64,000 bases of DNA, taken from a virus. The number at the start of each line of letters is the position of its first letter. Position 1 is the first letter of the stretch. Below are positions 35,552-43,019 of this stretch, piece after piece. The notes under the pieces are model-generated. The model did no database searches and had not been told where the DNA came from. It worked only from the letters and a program-made list of their open reading frames with translations. The position numbers and the translations under genes are program-made. The DNA lies in IMG/VR virus record IMGVR_UViG_3300045988_144274, positions 21,807-85,806 of that record. The stretch is one strand, 5' to 3'.

Positions 35552-35892
35552 AGTATTTCATTTAATTCTTTTATAATTTCTTCCTTTGTAGCGTAATCTC
35601 GTAAACCTAACAACTTTATCATATATCTTCGGTCTACTTGATCAGGAAACAAATATTCCGAATAAGTTTTAACTATATCCTTTAAAATGATTTCCGGCTT
35701 GTCGTAACTTTCTATCAAGCTGTCGATTAAATGCCCTTTTTCTCCTCTAGCGTCCCACTGATTTACAATTTCATTTGTAGAAAGATTTTCAAAAGTAAAA
35801 TACCCTTCTTCGATTTCGTGAACATCACGTACAATCTTTCTACATAGTTCCGGGTATCCATCAATTTGAGATATTATACCGTTATTAATCAT
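35548..35892 (-). CDS. hypothetical protein
   Basis: Track ORF in the accessory island. Confidence 0.5.
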   Translation of the reverse strand: MINNGIISQIDGYPELCRKIVRDVHEIEEGYFTFENLSTNEIVNQWDARGEKGHLIDSLIESYDKPEIILKDIVKTYSEYLFPDQVDRRYMIKLLGLRDYATKEEIIKELNEIL

Positions 35893-35938
35893 TTCTTTAA
35901 ATGACTCTATTTGCTTTTCTGTATACTTTTTTCATAAC

Positions 35939-36088
35939 TCATTCCTCCATTAATTTTACTTTGAGTACTTTCAAGCCGTTTGTAAGTTGCTTTTCTATTA
36001 TCTCTTTTGCTTCTTTTTCGTCATTGGCTAATACACCTATATAATAACAAATATTTCCTAGTCCGTAATATACAATATATTCTTTCAT
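35939..36088 (-). CDS. small hypothetical protein (49 aa, below track cutoff)
   Basis: Hand-read ORF filling the gap. Confidence 0.35.
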   Translation of the reverse strand: MKEYIVYYGLGNICYYIGVLANDEKEAKEIIEKQLTNGLKVLKVKLMEE

Positions 36089-36092
36089 AATA

Positions 36093-36317
36093 TTATTCTT
36101 TAACCGCTACTTTTATACCGTTATGTATTAACTTTACTAAAATACTATCTAACAATTCCCAAGAAAAACACAATATACCGTTTTTATTTAATTTAATATC
36201 TAAAATTTCCTTAGCTATAATTGCATCACTTTCATATATTTGTCCCAAATTATTCTTTTTTATAATTATTAAATAATCGGGGTGTGATTTCTTTATTCGT
36301 TTAAATATCTCTTTCAT
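36093..36317 (-). CDS. stand-alone MutS domain I-like mini-protein
   Basis: KKSHPDYLIIIKKNNLGQIYESDAIIAKEILDIKLNK...LVKLIHNGIKVAVKE parallels MutS N-terminal K..HP..LLF.R.GDFYE.F..DA......L.I.LT......L..L...G..VA..EQ. Confidence 0.35.
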   Translation of the reverse strand: MKEIFKRIKKSHPDYLIIIKKNNLGQIYESDAIIAKEILDIKLNKNGILCFSWELLDSILVKLIHNGIKVAVKE

Positions 36318-36510
36318 GGCTTTAATATTTTAAATTGTTTAATATAAACATTCTTCTTTCTATTCTTTTGCGTTCTTTCTCTGAATAATATACTTTGTTA
36401 TTCATCACCGTACAAACGAATTCTATTCTTTTATGGCACTTATATACGACTCAACACCTAGCCTTGTGCCATAACTTTTAGTTATAACTTTGTTAATCTT
36501 TATGAGAGTA

Positions 36511-37284
36511 TCATTTTCTGATACTCTCTATTTTATTTGTAAATTCAGAAATGTCTTTTCCTTCTAGTTCTAAAGTCTCTTTGACCTCTGCTAGAACTTT
36601 TGGTAAATATTCTAATGAAAGTGGATCTTTCTTCCCTAAATATTTGGCAGCATAAACAGGTAGCCAAACTCCATGTACAAACTCTATAAATATATGAAGC
36701 ATTTCATTTGGATACATATTTGCAGGGAACTCATACCCATTAGGAAACTTGTGTTTATAGTTTCTTTTATTGTTCAGCATTTCAGGATATTTATCTTCTA
36801 AATAGGCGACAAAACGCCTTCCCACTGAATTATCTGGGCGAATCTCCTTATCATCAATACCTTTATTAGGTATAACATATCCATGATATTCAAATAATCG
36901 GTTTAATGTTAAATATAATTGAGATACAACAGAAAAATAAGTTATTGGTGTTCGTTTATCATTTTCTTTAAATCTAGTGAGAAAATTAGGTTCTTCTTTC
37001 CTATTAATTTTGCCATAATATCCTTTCTCCCGAATAGAAGGAATCACTTCATCAAATATCCATGATTCAAATCTTTCAGCAGATGGGAGTTTAGAACGAA
37101 TAATTAAGCGGTAAACATCTCCTTCGGGTATAAAATTCATATTTACTCCACCTATGCCATTGGCATGAGCAACATAGCATTTCTCTATATTGCCTGATTT
37201 ACAATGAGTTGTAACAGCTTCTGCGGGGTTTTCATATCCTAACATTTTCGCTACATCGGATGCACAAAAAAAGTATTTTACCAT
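36511..37284 (-). CDS. Bro-N domain protein (main frame)
   Basis: FFCASDVAKMLGYENPAEAVTTHCK ... DVYRLIIRSKLPSAERFESWIFDEVIPSIREKGYY is a strong Bro-N match. Confidence 0.8.
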   Translation of the reverse strand: MVKYFFCASDVAKMLGYENPAEAVTTHCKSGNIEKCYVAHANGIGGVNMNFIPEGDVYRLIIRSKLPSAERFESWIFDEVIPSIREKGYYGKINRKEEPNFLTRFKENDKRTPITYFSVVSQLYLTLNRLFEYHGYVIPNKGIDDKEIRPDNSVGRRFVAYLEDKYPEMLNNKRNYKHKFPNGYEFPANMYPNEMLHIFIEFVHGVWLPVYAAKYLGKKDPLSLEYLPKVLAEVKETLELEGKDISEFTNKIESIRK

Positions 37285-37375
37285 CTTCCTTTTCGATAGT
37301 TCTCAATTCGTTAAATTGAGATTCTTCTTCCGATTCATATTTGAATATCTCAAATTGATAATTAATATTTTCCAT
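37232..37375 (-). pseudogene. N-terminal Bro-N fragment in a different frame (frameshifted start of the gene above)
   Basis: MENINYQFEIFKYESEEESQFNELRTIEKEDGK supplies the missing first strands of Bro-N. It joins YFFCASDV only by skipping one nt in the A4 run (plus-strand TTTT 37276-37279). Confidence 0.5.
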
Positions 37376-37468
37376 ATTTTCTTCATTTATACTTATAAAT
37401 AAAAAAGCTCTTTCTAGTTGGTGTTAACTGGAAAGAGCATGTTTCTTTTTCGACTGCTAAGATAGCAA

Positions 37469-37666
37469 TTATTTTTCAATCTTCCAATTTATTTTTGTAT
37501 AAAGTGAAATAAAGAAGAAGCCTATCAGGCACATAGATACTATATCTGTTACCATAGATATAATTGGTGAAATTTTAGTGATTAGACAAATAATCGCCAT
37601 GATTGCTTTTAATAGGCATCCTATAAATGCTATTAAAGATGCTGTTTTGAAATTTGTTATTCTCAT
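37469..37666 (-). CDS. small two-TM membrane protein
   Basis: Hydrophobic segments SLIAFIGCLLKAIMAIICLI and IVSMCLIGFFFISL. Confidence 0.5.
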   Translation of the reverse strand: MRITNFKTASLIAFIGCLLKAIMAIICLITKISPIISMVTDIVSMCLIGFFFISLYTKINWKIEK

Positions 37667-37695
37667 TTTATTGGGTTATTAATTTACTTATAGAG

Positions 37696-38262
37696 TTATT
37701 TCCATTTATCAAGATTTCCTTTCTGTATTTCTTTCTCAAATAAACTATAGGCGTCCCTTGCTTTTTCAGCTGCACTCTTTTTGATTTTAAAATCAAAATA
37801 TCCATCAGTAGTATAGATTCTTACAGAAGTCATCAACTTATTTTTGAATACAGATAAATCACCTAATAACAAATACCTTATTCCCCATGAATCCATACCT
37901 AGTGCTCCTACAGTTCCTTCACCATGTCCTGCTGCATAATCTGATATAGTAAAGATGTGTGTATTATCATCTTCATCAAGGAAAATAACTTTAGATTCAT
38001 TTCTTTTGGCTATATATACATTTATTGACATCCATTTCATCAACATCATATCTAACCCATTCTCATGTCCAAAGCATATCCATATAGTTTTCCCTAATTG
38101 TCTCCCCATTATTAATGGTTCAGAAGATATTTTCTCATAAGACGTGTACACAACTTTGTCTTTTGTGAATTTATCAGTTTTGCTAACTTTAATACTTTGA
38201 GCTTGAATATTGATGCTAAACATCAATAATAATAGAAGTATAATATTCTGTTTCATAATCAT
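37696..38262 (-). CDS. secreted protein, unknown function
   Basis: Signal peptide ILLLLLMFSINIQAQ-S. Confidence 0.6.
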   Translation of the reverse strand: MIMKQNIILLLLLMFSINIQAQSIKVSKTDKFTKDKVVYTSYEKISSEPLIMGRQLGKTIWICFGHENGLDMMLMKWMSINVYIAKRNESKVIFLDEDDNTHIFTISDYAAGHGEGTVGALGMDSWGIRYLLLGDLSVFKNKLMTSVRIYTTDGYFDFKIKKSAAEKARDAYSLFEKEIQKGNLDKWK

Positions 38263-38639
38263 TTCTTGTTACATTTAAATTTAGTGTATATTGTTTCATT
38301 ATTTAAAGTGAACTGTAATTCACAATATTCCCACCATAATTCAGTTACATAACATTTAATGTACTCTTGTTCTCCTACATAAAAAGTTAGATTTCTTTTG
38401 GACAGGTGCCATGTACCTGATACATTTCCTAGATAGCCATTTGTCGAATATGAGCCATCAGGTCTGATTGTTAAAGTAATTTGTAAACTTGGATTTTTAG
38501 AAACTCCAACCCATTCTTCATTTTGTTTTATTTGTTGCAATTTCCATGTTCCCATCAAAGCATCTTTATAAAGATTGTCTTTTGCACAACTTGTGCATAA
38601 TAGAATAGTGAATACAAAAAACGGCAAATACTTTCTCAT
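38259..38639 (-). CDS. lipocalin-like lipoprotein
   Basis: Lipobox LLCTSC, then LMGTWKLQQI typical of Bacteroidota lipocalin-like lipoproteins. Confidence 0.6.
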   Translation of the reverse strand: MRKYLPFFVFTILLCTSCAKDNLYKDALMGTWKLQQIKQNEEWVGVSKNPSLQITLTIRPDGSYSTNGYLGNVSGTWHLSKRNLTFYVGEQEYIKCYVTELWWEYCELQFTLNNETIYTKFKCNKK

Positions 38640-38713
38640 ACACTTGTGTTTTATTGGTTAATACTAAATAATAATGTTTCCATTTAGTTAGCATCACCTC
38701 ACGCATATATATG

Positions 38714-38912
38714 AAAAAGGCGTAGAGCTAATGCCTAACGCCATCGAGGGCTACCACACCCTACTCACTTATAGGCAAAAGTCTACGCCAGTATATGGCG
38801 TATAAACGCAATACACCCATAAGTGAGTTCCAAAATAGCCTTATTGCTGTCAATGTGGTAGTTCGATGGCGATTAGGCTATAATACGTAAAAAGCGTACC
38901 ATCTATTCGATG
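38714..38912 (-). ncRNA. structured leader or ~200-nt sRNA with nested rod-like helices and terminator
   Basis: Perfect nested complementarity 38739-38758 / 38854-38871, 38763-38772 / 38819-38828 and 38785-38790 / 38796-38801. Promoter box upstream. GGCGU...ACGCC hairpin plus U5 at the 3' end. No ORF. Confidence 0.45.
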
Positions 38913-38918
38913 ATACGC
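38889..38918 (-). terminator. intrinsic terminator abutting the promoter box
   Basis: On the minus strand: GCGUAUCAUC-gaaua-GAUGGUACGC (one mismatch) followed by U5. Confidence 0.5.
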
Positions 38919-38928
38919 TGCAAATATA
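38918..38928 (-). promoter_or_regulatory. promoter box TATATTTGCAG
   Basis: Reverse complement of ctgcaaatata. Confidence 0.4.
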
Positions 38929-39027
38929 GATATAAAGTTTGATATTTCAAATTAAAGTATTAATTATAGTTACTGATAATCTTCCTTAAAAAATAAAGAA
39001 AATATTTTTTAATCACGTAATAAATTA

Positions 39028-39035
39028 TACATTTG
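39028..39035 (+). promoter_or_regulatory. -7 promoter box TACATTTG
   Basis: Matches TAnnTTTG, upstream of the plus-strand small gene cassette. Confidence 0.3.
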
Positions 39036-39093
39036 CATTGACTTTTGGAAAAGGAGCTAATAACACTTACCGTTTTTGCACCTAAAAAAAATG

Positions 39094-39121
39094 AAACCCA
39101 GTATCCTACTACTGGGTTTTT
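39094..39121. terminator. bidirectional terminator hairpin with alternative 12-bp pairing
   Basis: AAACCCAGTA-tcctac-TACTGGGTTT flanked by A8 upstream and T-rich sequence downstream. GTATCCTACTAC (39101-39112) can instead pair with GTAGTAGGATAC (39127-39138). Confidence 0.55.
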
Positions 39122-39184
39122 GTCTTGTAGTAGGATACAGGACATTAAACAGGCTAAAAGCCAAAAAAGGAAGGAGGTGTTATT

Positions 39185-39322
39185 ATGTCCAATTCCAAAG
39201 TCATCAATGGTAAATTATGCAAGTTGATATTTGCTAAATCTATTATTAGAAATGGTAAAACGATTTATCCAAAGAAATCTAAAGTATTCGCTTTTTGGAT
39301 TCCAGTAGAGAAATCGGCTTAA
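39185..39322 (+). CDS. small basic protein (45 aa, below track cutoff)
   Basis: Hand-read ORF MSNSKVINGKLCKLIFAKSIIRNGKTIYPKKSKVFAFWIPVEKSA preceded by AAGGAGG. Antisense to the surrounding array. Confidence 0.45.
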   Translation: MSNSKVINGKLCKLIFAKSIIRNGKTIYPKKSKVFAFWIPVEKSA

Positions 39323-39334
39323 TAATTTATCGCT

Positions 39335-39356
39335 ATGGGGTGGTAGGACACCCCAT
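39335..39356. terminator. hairpin ATGGGGTG-gtagga-CACCCCAT
   Basis: Lies between convergent small genes. Loop carries the GTAGGACAC motif. Confidence 0.45.
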
Positions 39357-39376
39357 ATTTAATCATAGCATTACCG

Positions 39377-39568
39377 TTACTCCTTCTTCTTTTCCTCCTT
39401 GTCTTTATCTTTCTCATCTTCAACTTGATCCGGTGTTTTCCCTTCCGCAATGTGCGCCATCTTTCGGAGCAGTTCATCGAACTGTTCTTTAGGAACAGAA
39501 AAGTTAATCTCTAACCTCACTGTTTTAATGTTACTTAGGTCTATTTCTTGTTTCTTTTTCTTTCCCAT
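39377..39568 (-). CDS. small K/E-rich protein
   Basis: Track ORF immediately downstream of the transposase. Confidence 0.45.
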   Translation of the reverse strand: MGKKKKQEIDLSNIKTVRLEINFSVPKEQFDELLRKMAHIAEGKTPDQVEDEKDKDKEEKKKE

Positions 39569-39570
39569 AA

Positions 39571-40473
39571 CTAAGCTGCATTACGCAAAAGTAAATTAAA
39601 TCTTTGAGAATCGGTAAAATTTCGAGTATTAAATCGGAAAATATATTCGTCAATATACCTCTGCATATATTTTTTGCTTACATGATAGTATATCCCAAAT
39701 ATCATTCTCTTGAAATGCGACCACACATTTTCGATACCGTTCGTACTAACAACGATTATCTCACCTTCATCTGTTGCATAGGTCGTACCATAGAAATGTT
39801 TTTCATGGTCTACTGACCTTTGTACATACTTCCCATGCAGTCCACTGTAATCCCAACCATCAGTATAAACAACACTACCTAATTCAACTTTTTCTTTGAT
39901 AATCGGAACTATAGTTTTAGCTTGTGTATTGGGAACAACTTTGGCAATAACCTTACCACCTCTTTCAAGTATTCCGAATACAGGAACTTTATCCTTATAA
40001 CTACGTCCTTGACATTTCTCTACTTTCTTATCCTTATGTCTATTTTTATTCTTCCCACCTACAAACGCTTCATCAATTTCAACCTCACCGGATAAAGTAT
40101 GGCTATTCTCCATCTCCATATATTGTCTAATCTTATGGAGCATCTTCCACGCTGTTTTTTGAGTTATACCTAAATCTCTCGCTAATTGACATGATGAAAC
40201 ACCTCTCTTATGTGACAAGAATAACATCATAGCATAAAACCATGCTTTCATAGGCAGTTTAGTATTGGCAAATGCAGTACCAGTTTTAACATCAAAGTAT
40301 CTTCCAGTATTCTTGCATTTATACTTACCATTACCACATTTATAAACCTTAGAATTGCTGTCATAAGGCGAAATGACTTCATCTCCCCATCGCATCTTCT
40401 CAAAATATCTGATGCAACTTTCTTCATCAGGAAAGTTTTCAGATAGAGTTAAAAGAGTAAAATCGGTTTTCAT
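39571..40473 (-). CDS. IS1595-family (ISXO2-like) DDE transposase
   Basis: N-terminal zinc-ribbon region (CIRYFEKMRWGD..YKCGNGKYKCKN), HTH (SSCQLARDLGITQKTAWKMLHKIR), and DDE_Tnp_IS1595-like core (EVEIDEAFVGG ... VYTDGW ... TNGIENVWSHFKR). Confidence 0.8.
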   Translation of the reverse strand: MKTDFTLLTLSENFPDEESCIRYFEKMRWGDEVISPYDSNSKVYKCGNGKYKCKNTGRYFDVKTGTAFANTKLPMKAWFYAMMLFLSHKRGVSSCQLARDLGITQKTAWKMLHKIRQYMEMENSHTLSGEVEIDEAFVGGKNKNRHKDKKVEKCQGRSYKDKVPVFGILERGGKVIAKVVPNTQAKTIVPIIKEKVELGSVVYTDGWDYSGLHGKYVQRSVDHEKHFYGTTYATDEGEIIVVSTNGIENVWSHFKRMIFGIYYHVSKKYMQRYIDEYIFRFNTRNFTDSQRFNLLLRNAA

Positions 40474-40494
40474 AACGTCAAATTTTTAGCTATC

Positions 40495-40502
40495 CAAATA
40501 TA
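40495..40502 (-). promoter_or_regulatory. -7 promoter box TATATTTG for the transposase
   Basis: Reverse complement of caaatata, 22 nt upstream of the ATG at 40473. Confidence 0.35.
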
Positions 40503-40625
40503 CTAAAAATCAACGATATTAGCAAGCCATTTGCAATATATTTTCAAGGAAGTTTTTCGCAAGAATGCTAAAGAACATTCTTATACAACATATAGAGCAA
40601 TGTACTGCTTACAAACTATAAACAG

Positions 40626-40633
40626 TACATTTG
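40626..40633 (+). promoter_or_regulatory. -7 promoter box TACATTTG for the KTSC gene
   Basis: TACATTTGCGAC, 32 nt upstream of the ATG at 40665. Embedded in the inverted repeat AATGTACTG / CAGTACATT. Confidence 0.4.
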
Positions 40634-40664
40634 CGACTAGTATTAACCATTAAAACGACAAAAT

Positions 40665-40856
40665 ATGATACCTATTGCATCCTCTGCATTTCTCGGAGTA
40701 GATTATAATTCCGAAACAAGAGCTTTAACAGTATATTTTAGAGATGGAAGAAATTACACTCATCATGGAGTGCCAGAATCAGTATACAAACAATTTCTTA
40801 ACGCTCCTTCAAAGGGCAAGTTTTACAATCAGTACATAAAAGGGATTTATCAATAG
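40665..40856 (+). CDS. KTSC domain protein
   Basis: SSAFLGVDYNSETRALTVYFRDGRNYTHHGVPESVYKQFLNAPSKGKFYNQYIKG matches the KTSC pattern. Confidence 0.7.
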   Translation: MIPIASSAFLGVDYNSETRALTVYFRDGRNYTHHGVPESVYKQFLNAPSKGKFYNQYIKGIYQ

Positions 40857-41016
40857 GTTTTAATTGCCAAGCATTTTCCCTAATCCAATCAATATCTACC
40901 TCATGTGGGTCACGGTCTATAGCCCATGCTCCACATGAGGTATCATAAAACTCTCTTAATTGTTCATACGTAAGCTCATTTTTTACTTTTTTTTCTTCTT
41001 CAATTTTCTTTTCCAT
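40798..41016 (-). CDS. hypothetical protein
   Basis: Track ORF. 3' end overlaps the convergent KTSC gene by 59 nt. Confidence 0.4.
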   Translation of the reverse strand: MEKKIEEEKKVKNELTYEQLREFYDTSCGAWAIDRDPHEVDIDWIRENAWQLKPIDKSLLCTDCKTCPLKER

Positions 41017-41120
41017 AATCTTTATTTTTTAATTGTTATTACTTTTTGTTATGACCTAAACACTAGTGTCGGGTCGTATATAAGTGCCTCTTTTATTTAT
41101 AATTGTTCTTTTTTTCATGA

Positions 41121-41336
41121 TTACATATTTTCTTTAATAACGTTACCGCTTAAATTCCATTCATCGAATGTGTCTAGTATAATTTCCTCTGTTTTTCTTT
41201 CCGAAATTATAATACGGTCGCTATATAAACCGCTAATATCAGACCCTCCGCTACATGTAAATATTATATTTACGTTATACTCGTCTAACAAACTAGCTAA
41301 TTTTGTTAGAAACTCTTTTCTTTTTTCTTCACTCAT
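41121..41336 (-). CDS. hypothetical protein
   Basis: Track ORF in the minus-strand array. Confidence 0.5.
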   Translation of the reverse strand: MSEEKRKEFLTKLASLLDEYNVNIIFTCSGGSDISGLYSDRIIISERKTEEIILDTFDEWNLSGNVIKENM

Positions 41337-41640
41337 TGGTAAAATCTTTATTTTCTATCAAATTAGGTTCGTGCCTTTCCAAAAAAGATATTAATTCTTT
41401 GTAAGACGTATTATTATCTATAGCACAAGATAGCGAATAATTAAACTTACCTTTATACATTTTGGGCTTCAATTCGCCTAGATTATTAAAATACATTTGT
41501 CTAACTGATACAAATAATTTACTTTGTAAATATTTGGAAAAAGACACAATATGATCACAAATAGATACAATGTTATTATTATAAACGTTACTATAAACTA
41601 GTTCGTTATCTCTATAAATATCTAATTTAAATGCTTTCAT
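41329..41640 (-). CDS. hypothetical protein
   Basis: Track ORF in the minus-strand array. Confidence 0.5.
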   Translation of the reverse strand: MKAFKLDIYRDNELVYSNVYNNNIVSICDHIVSFSKYLQSKLFVSVRQMYFNNLGELKPKMYKGKFNYSLSCAIDNNTSYKELISFLERHEPNLIENKDFTNE

Positions 41641-41759
41641 GACTTTCTTTTTTATTTGGTTAGCAAAATATAATTCCTAATATATACAATACTAAAAGTA
41701 TTCCATATAAAGCGGAAAAGCCTTTTATTATCTCTTTAAATTCTTTCCGTTCCATAAAA

Positions 41760-42008
41760 TTAAAATTTCATTCTCGATAATATTTCTATATTTTTATAGC
41801 CTCTATTTTTTAAATAGTCTAGTAATTCACTTGTATTATACCCTTTTGCTGGTTTACATTCTCTTATATAGGTACTGTCAGCCTCAAAGTGCATGTTATC
41901 ATACAAAGAATATACTAAAAAATTATCATTAATTAGCTTTTCTATAAACACGGCAATAATTTCACCGTCTCGTGTTATTCTAAAATTTACTTTTGTTTTC
42001 ATTTCCAT
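41760..42008 (-). CDS. hypothetical protein
   Basis: Track ORF in the minus-strand array. Confidence 0.5.
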   Translation of the reverse strand: MEMKTKVNFRITRDGEIIAVFIEKLINDNFLVYSLYDNMHFEADSTYIRECKPAKGYNTSELLDYLKNRGYKNIEILSRMKF

Positions 42009-42337
42009 TATTTATTAAAACGTTTCCTACAGTAATCGAAAGCCTCGCCGGATAAACTATTGCTAAAGCCCCTTTTATCAATGTAAAAACATTGAAACAA
42101 ACTAGTATCTCCGTAATTATTTACAAGGTTATGAAACATTTGTTTTTGCGCTTTCTTTGTTGCAAAACAATATTTGGAAAAGTTTTGCAATACCTTTTTC
42201 TTTTCTTCTTCATTTAATTTAAAGTTTATCCACCCTTTTGTATTATGGTGAAAACGTCCGTTTATAAATTGTTCTACTGTCATTTGTCTAGTTTGGTTTA
42301 ATAAACCTATTAAAGTCTTATATTTAATTGTTTTCAT
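42008..42337 (-). CDS. hypothetical protein
   Basis: Track ORF in the minus-strand array. Confidence 0.5.
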   Translation of the reverse strand: MKTIKYKTLIGLLNQTRQMTVEQFINGRFHHNTKGWINFKLNEEEKKKVLQNFSKYCFATKKAQKQMFHNLVNNYGDTSLFQCFYIDKRGFSNSLSGEAFDYCRKRFNK

Positions 42338-42624
42338 AACTCTATTATTTTAATTCCTTATAACTATATATATTTAAAAAATAAAAGCAATTTGTATATA
42401 GCCCCTTCTTTGTCTTTTTTCTACGATAACTTTTGCTTTATCCGCTTGATGAAAGGCAAATCTATTTCGGGGTATATTACAGGTAGAAGAAGAAATACCT
42501 TTTGCGCCTATATTTATTTCACCGCAAAGTTTATTAAAACTTTCTACATTAATAATGAGTCTATAAAAGAGTCAGACCAATATTTTTGCGATATATTAAA
42601 TGTTATTTCCATGCTATAATGTAT

Positions 42625-42993
42625 TTAGTTTAATTTCTCTTTTAACTGTATTAATCTCCACGCAATAACCGAAAACCAATTATTTTGAAAATCAACTATT
42701 TGTCTTTCCGTTCTGCAATATCCCCACGATTTGCCTATATTAATTATAGTATCAGTGCAATAAGCCACACCGAAACAAGACGGCAAACCTTTTATATATT
42801 CTTTCACTCGTTCCTGTAAACTAGGATATAACCGCTTATAATAAGCGTCGTTATATTCTCTATCAAAACAGTCAAAGAAGTAATTAATAGCTTCTTTATC
42901 ACTCATATCTAATTTTTCATCGTTATAAATGCAGTCCAAAACGTATGCAAATTGTACCCCTACATTTTTATGTTCTCTTACATTCTTTTTCAT
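42625..42993 (-). CDS. hypothetical protein
   Basis: Track ORF with GGAGAAAC upstream of the ATG. Confidence 0.5.
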   Translation of the reverse strand: MKKNVREHKNVGVQFAYVLDCIYNDEKLDMSDKEAINYFFDCFDREYNDAYYKRLYPSLQERVKEYIKGLPSCFGVAYCTDTIINIGKSWGYCRTERQIVDFQNNWFSVIAWRLIQLKEKLN

Positions 42994-43019
42994 GATTTGT
43001 TTCTCCTATTTCGTTTAAT

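Larger units (their letters stand above)
39360..40640 (-). mobile_element. IS1595-family insertion sequence, ends not resolved
   Basis: Transposase with its own -7 box. No convincing terminal inverted repeats found by eye, so the boundaries are placeholders. Confidence 0.2.

Noticed and set aside
38714-38912. Retron msr/msd, CRISPR-associated RNA or IscB/TnpB omega RNA interpretation of the rod-like structured element
   Set aside because: There is no reverse transcriptase, cas gene, repeat-spacer array or IscB in the window, and tnpB is 6 kb away on the far side of the island. The promoter, terminator and downstream gene context fits a leader or sRNA better.
38960-39227. Track ORFs 38960..39145 (-) and 39045..39227 (+)
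   Set aside because: Both are read across the bidirectional terminator hairpin and the promoter box. The sequences are implausible.
39360-40640. Terminal inverted repeats of the IS1595 element
   Set aside because: I compared 39150-39376 with the reverse complement of 40474-40660 by eye and found no convincing match of 12 bp or more. The inverted repeat at 40599-40636 is internal to one side only. The boundaries are therefore left unresolved.
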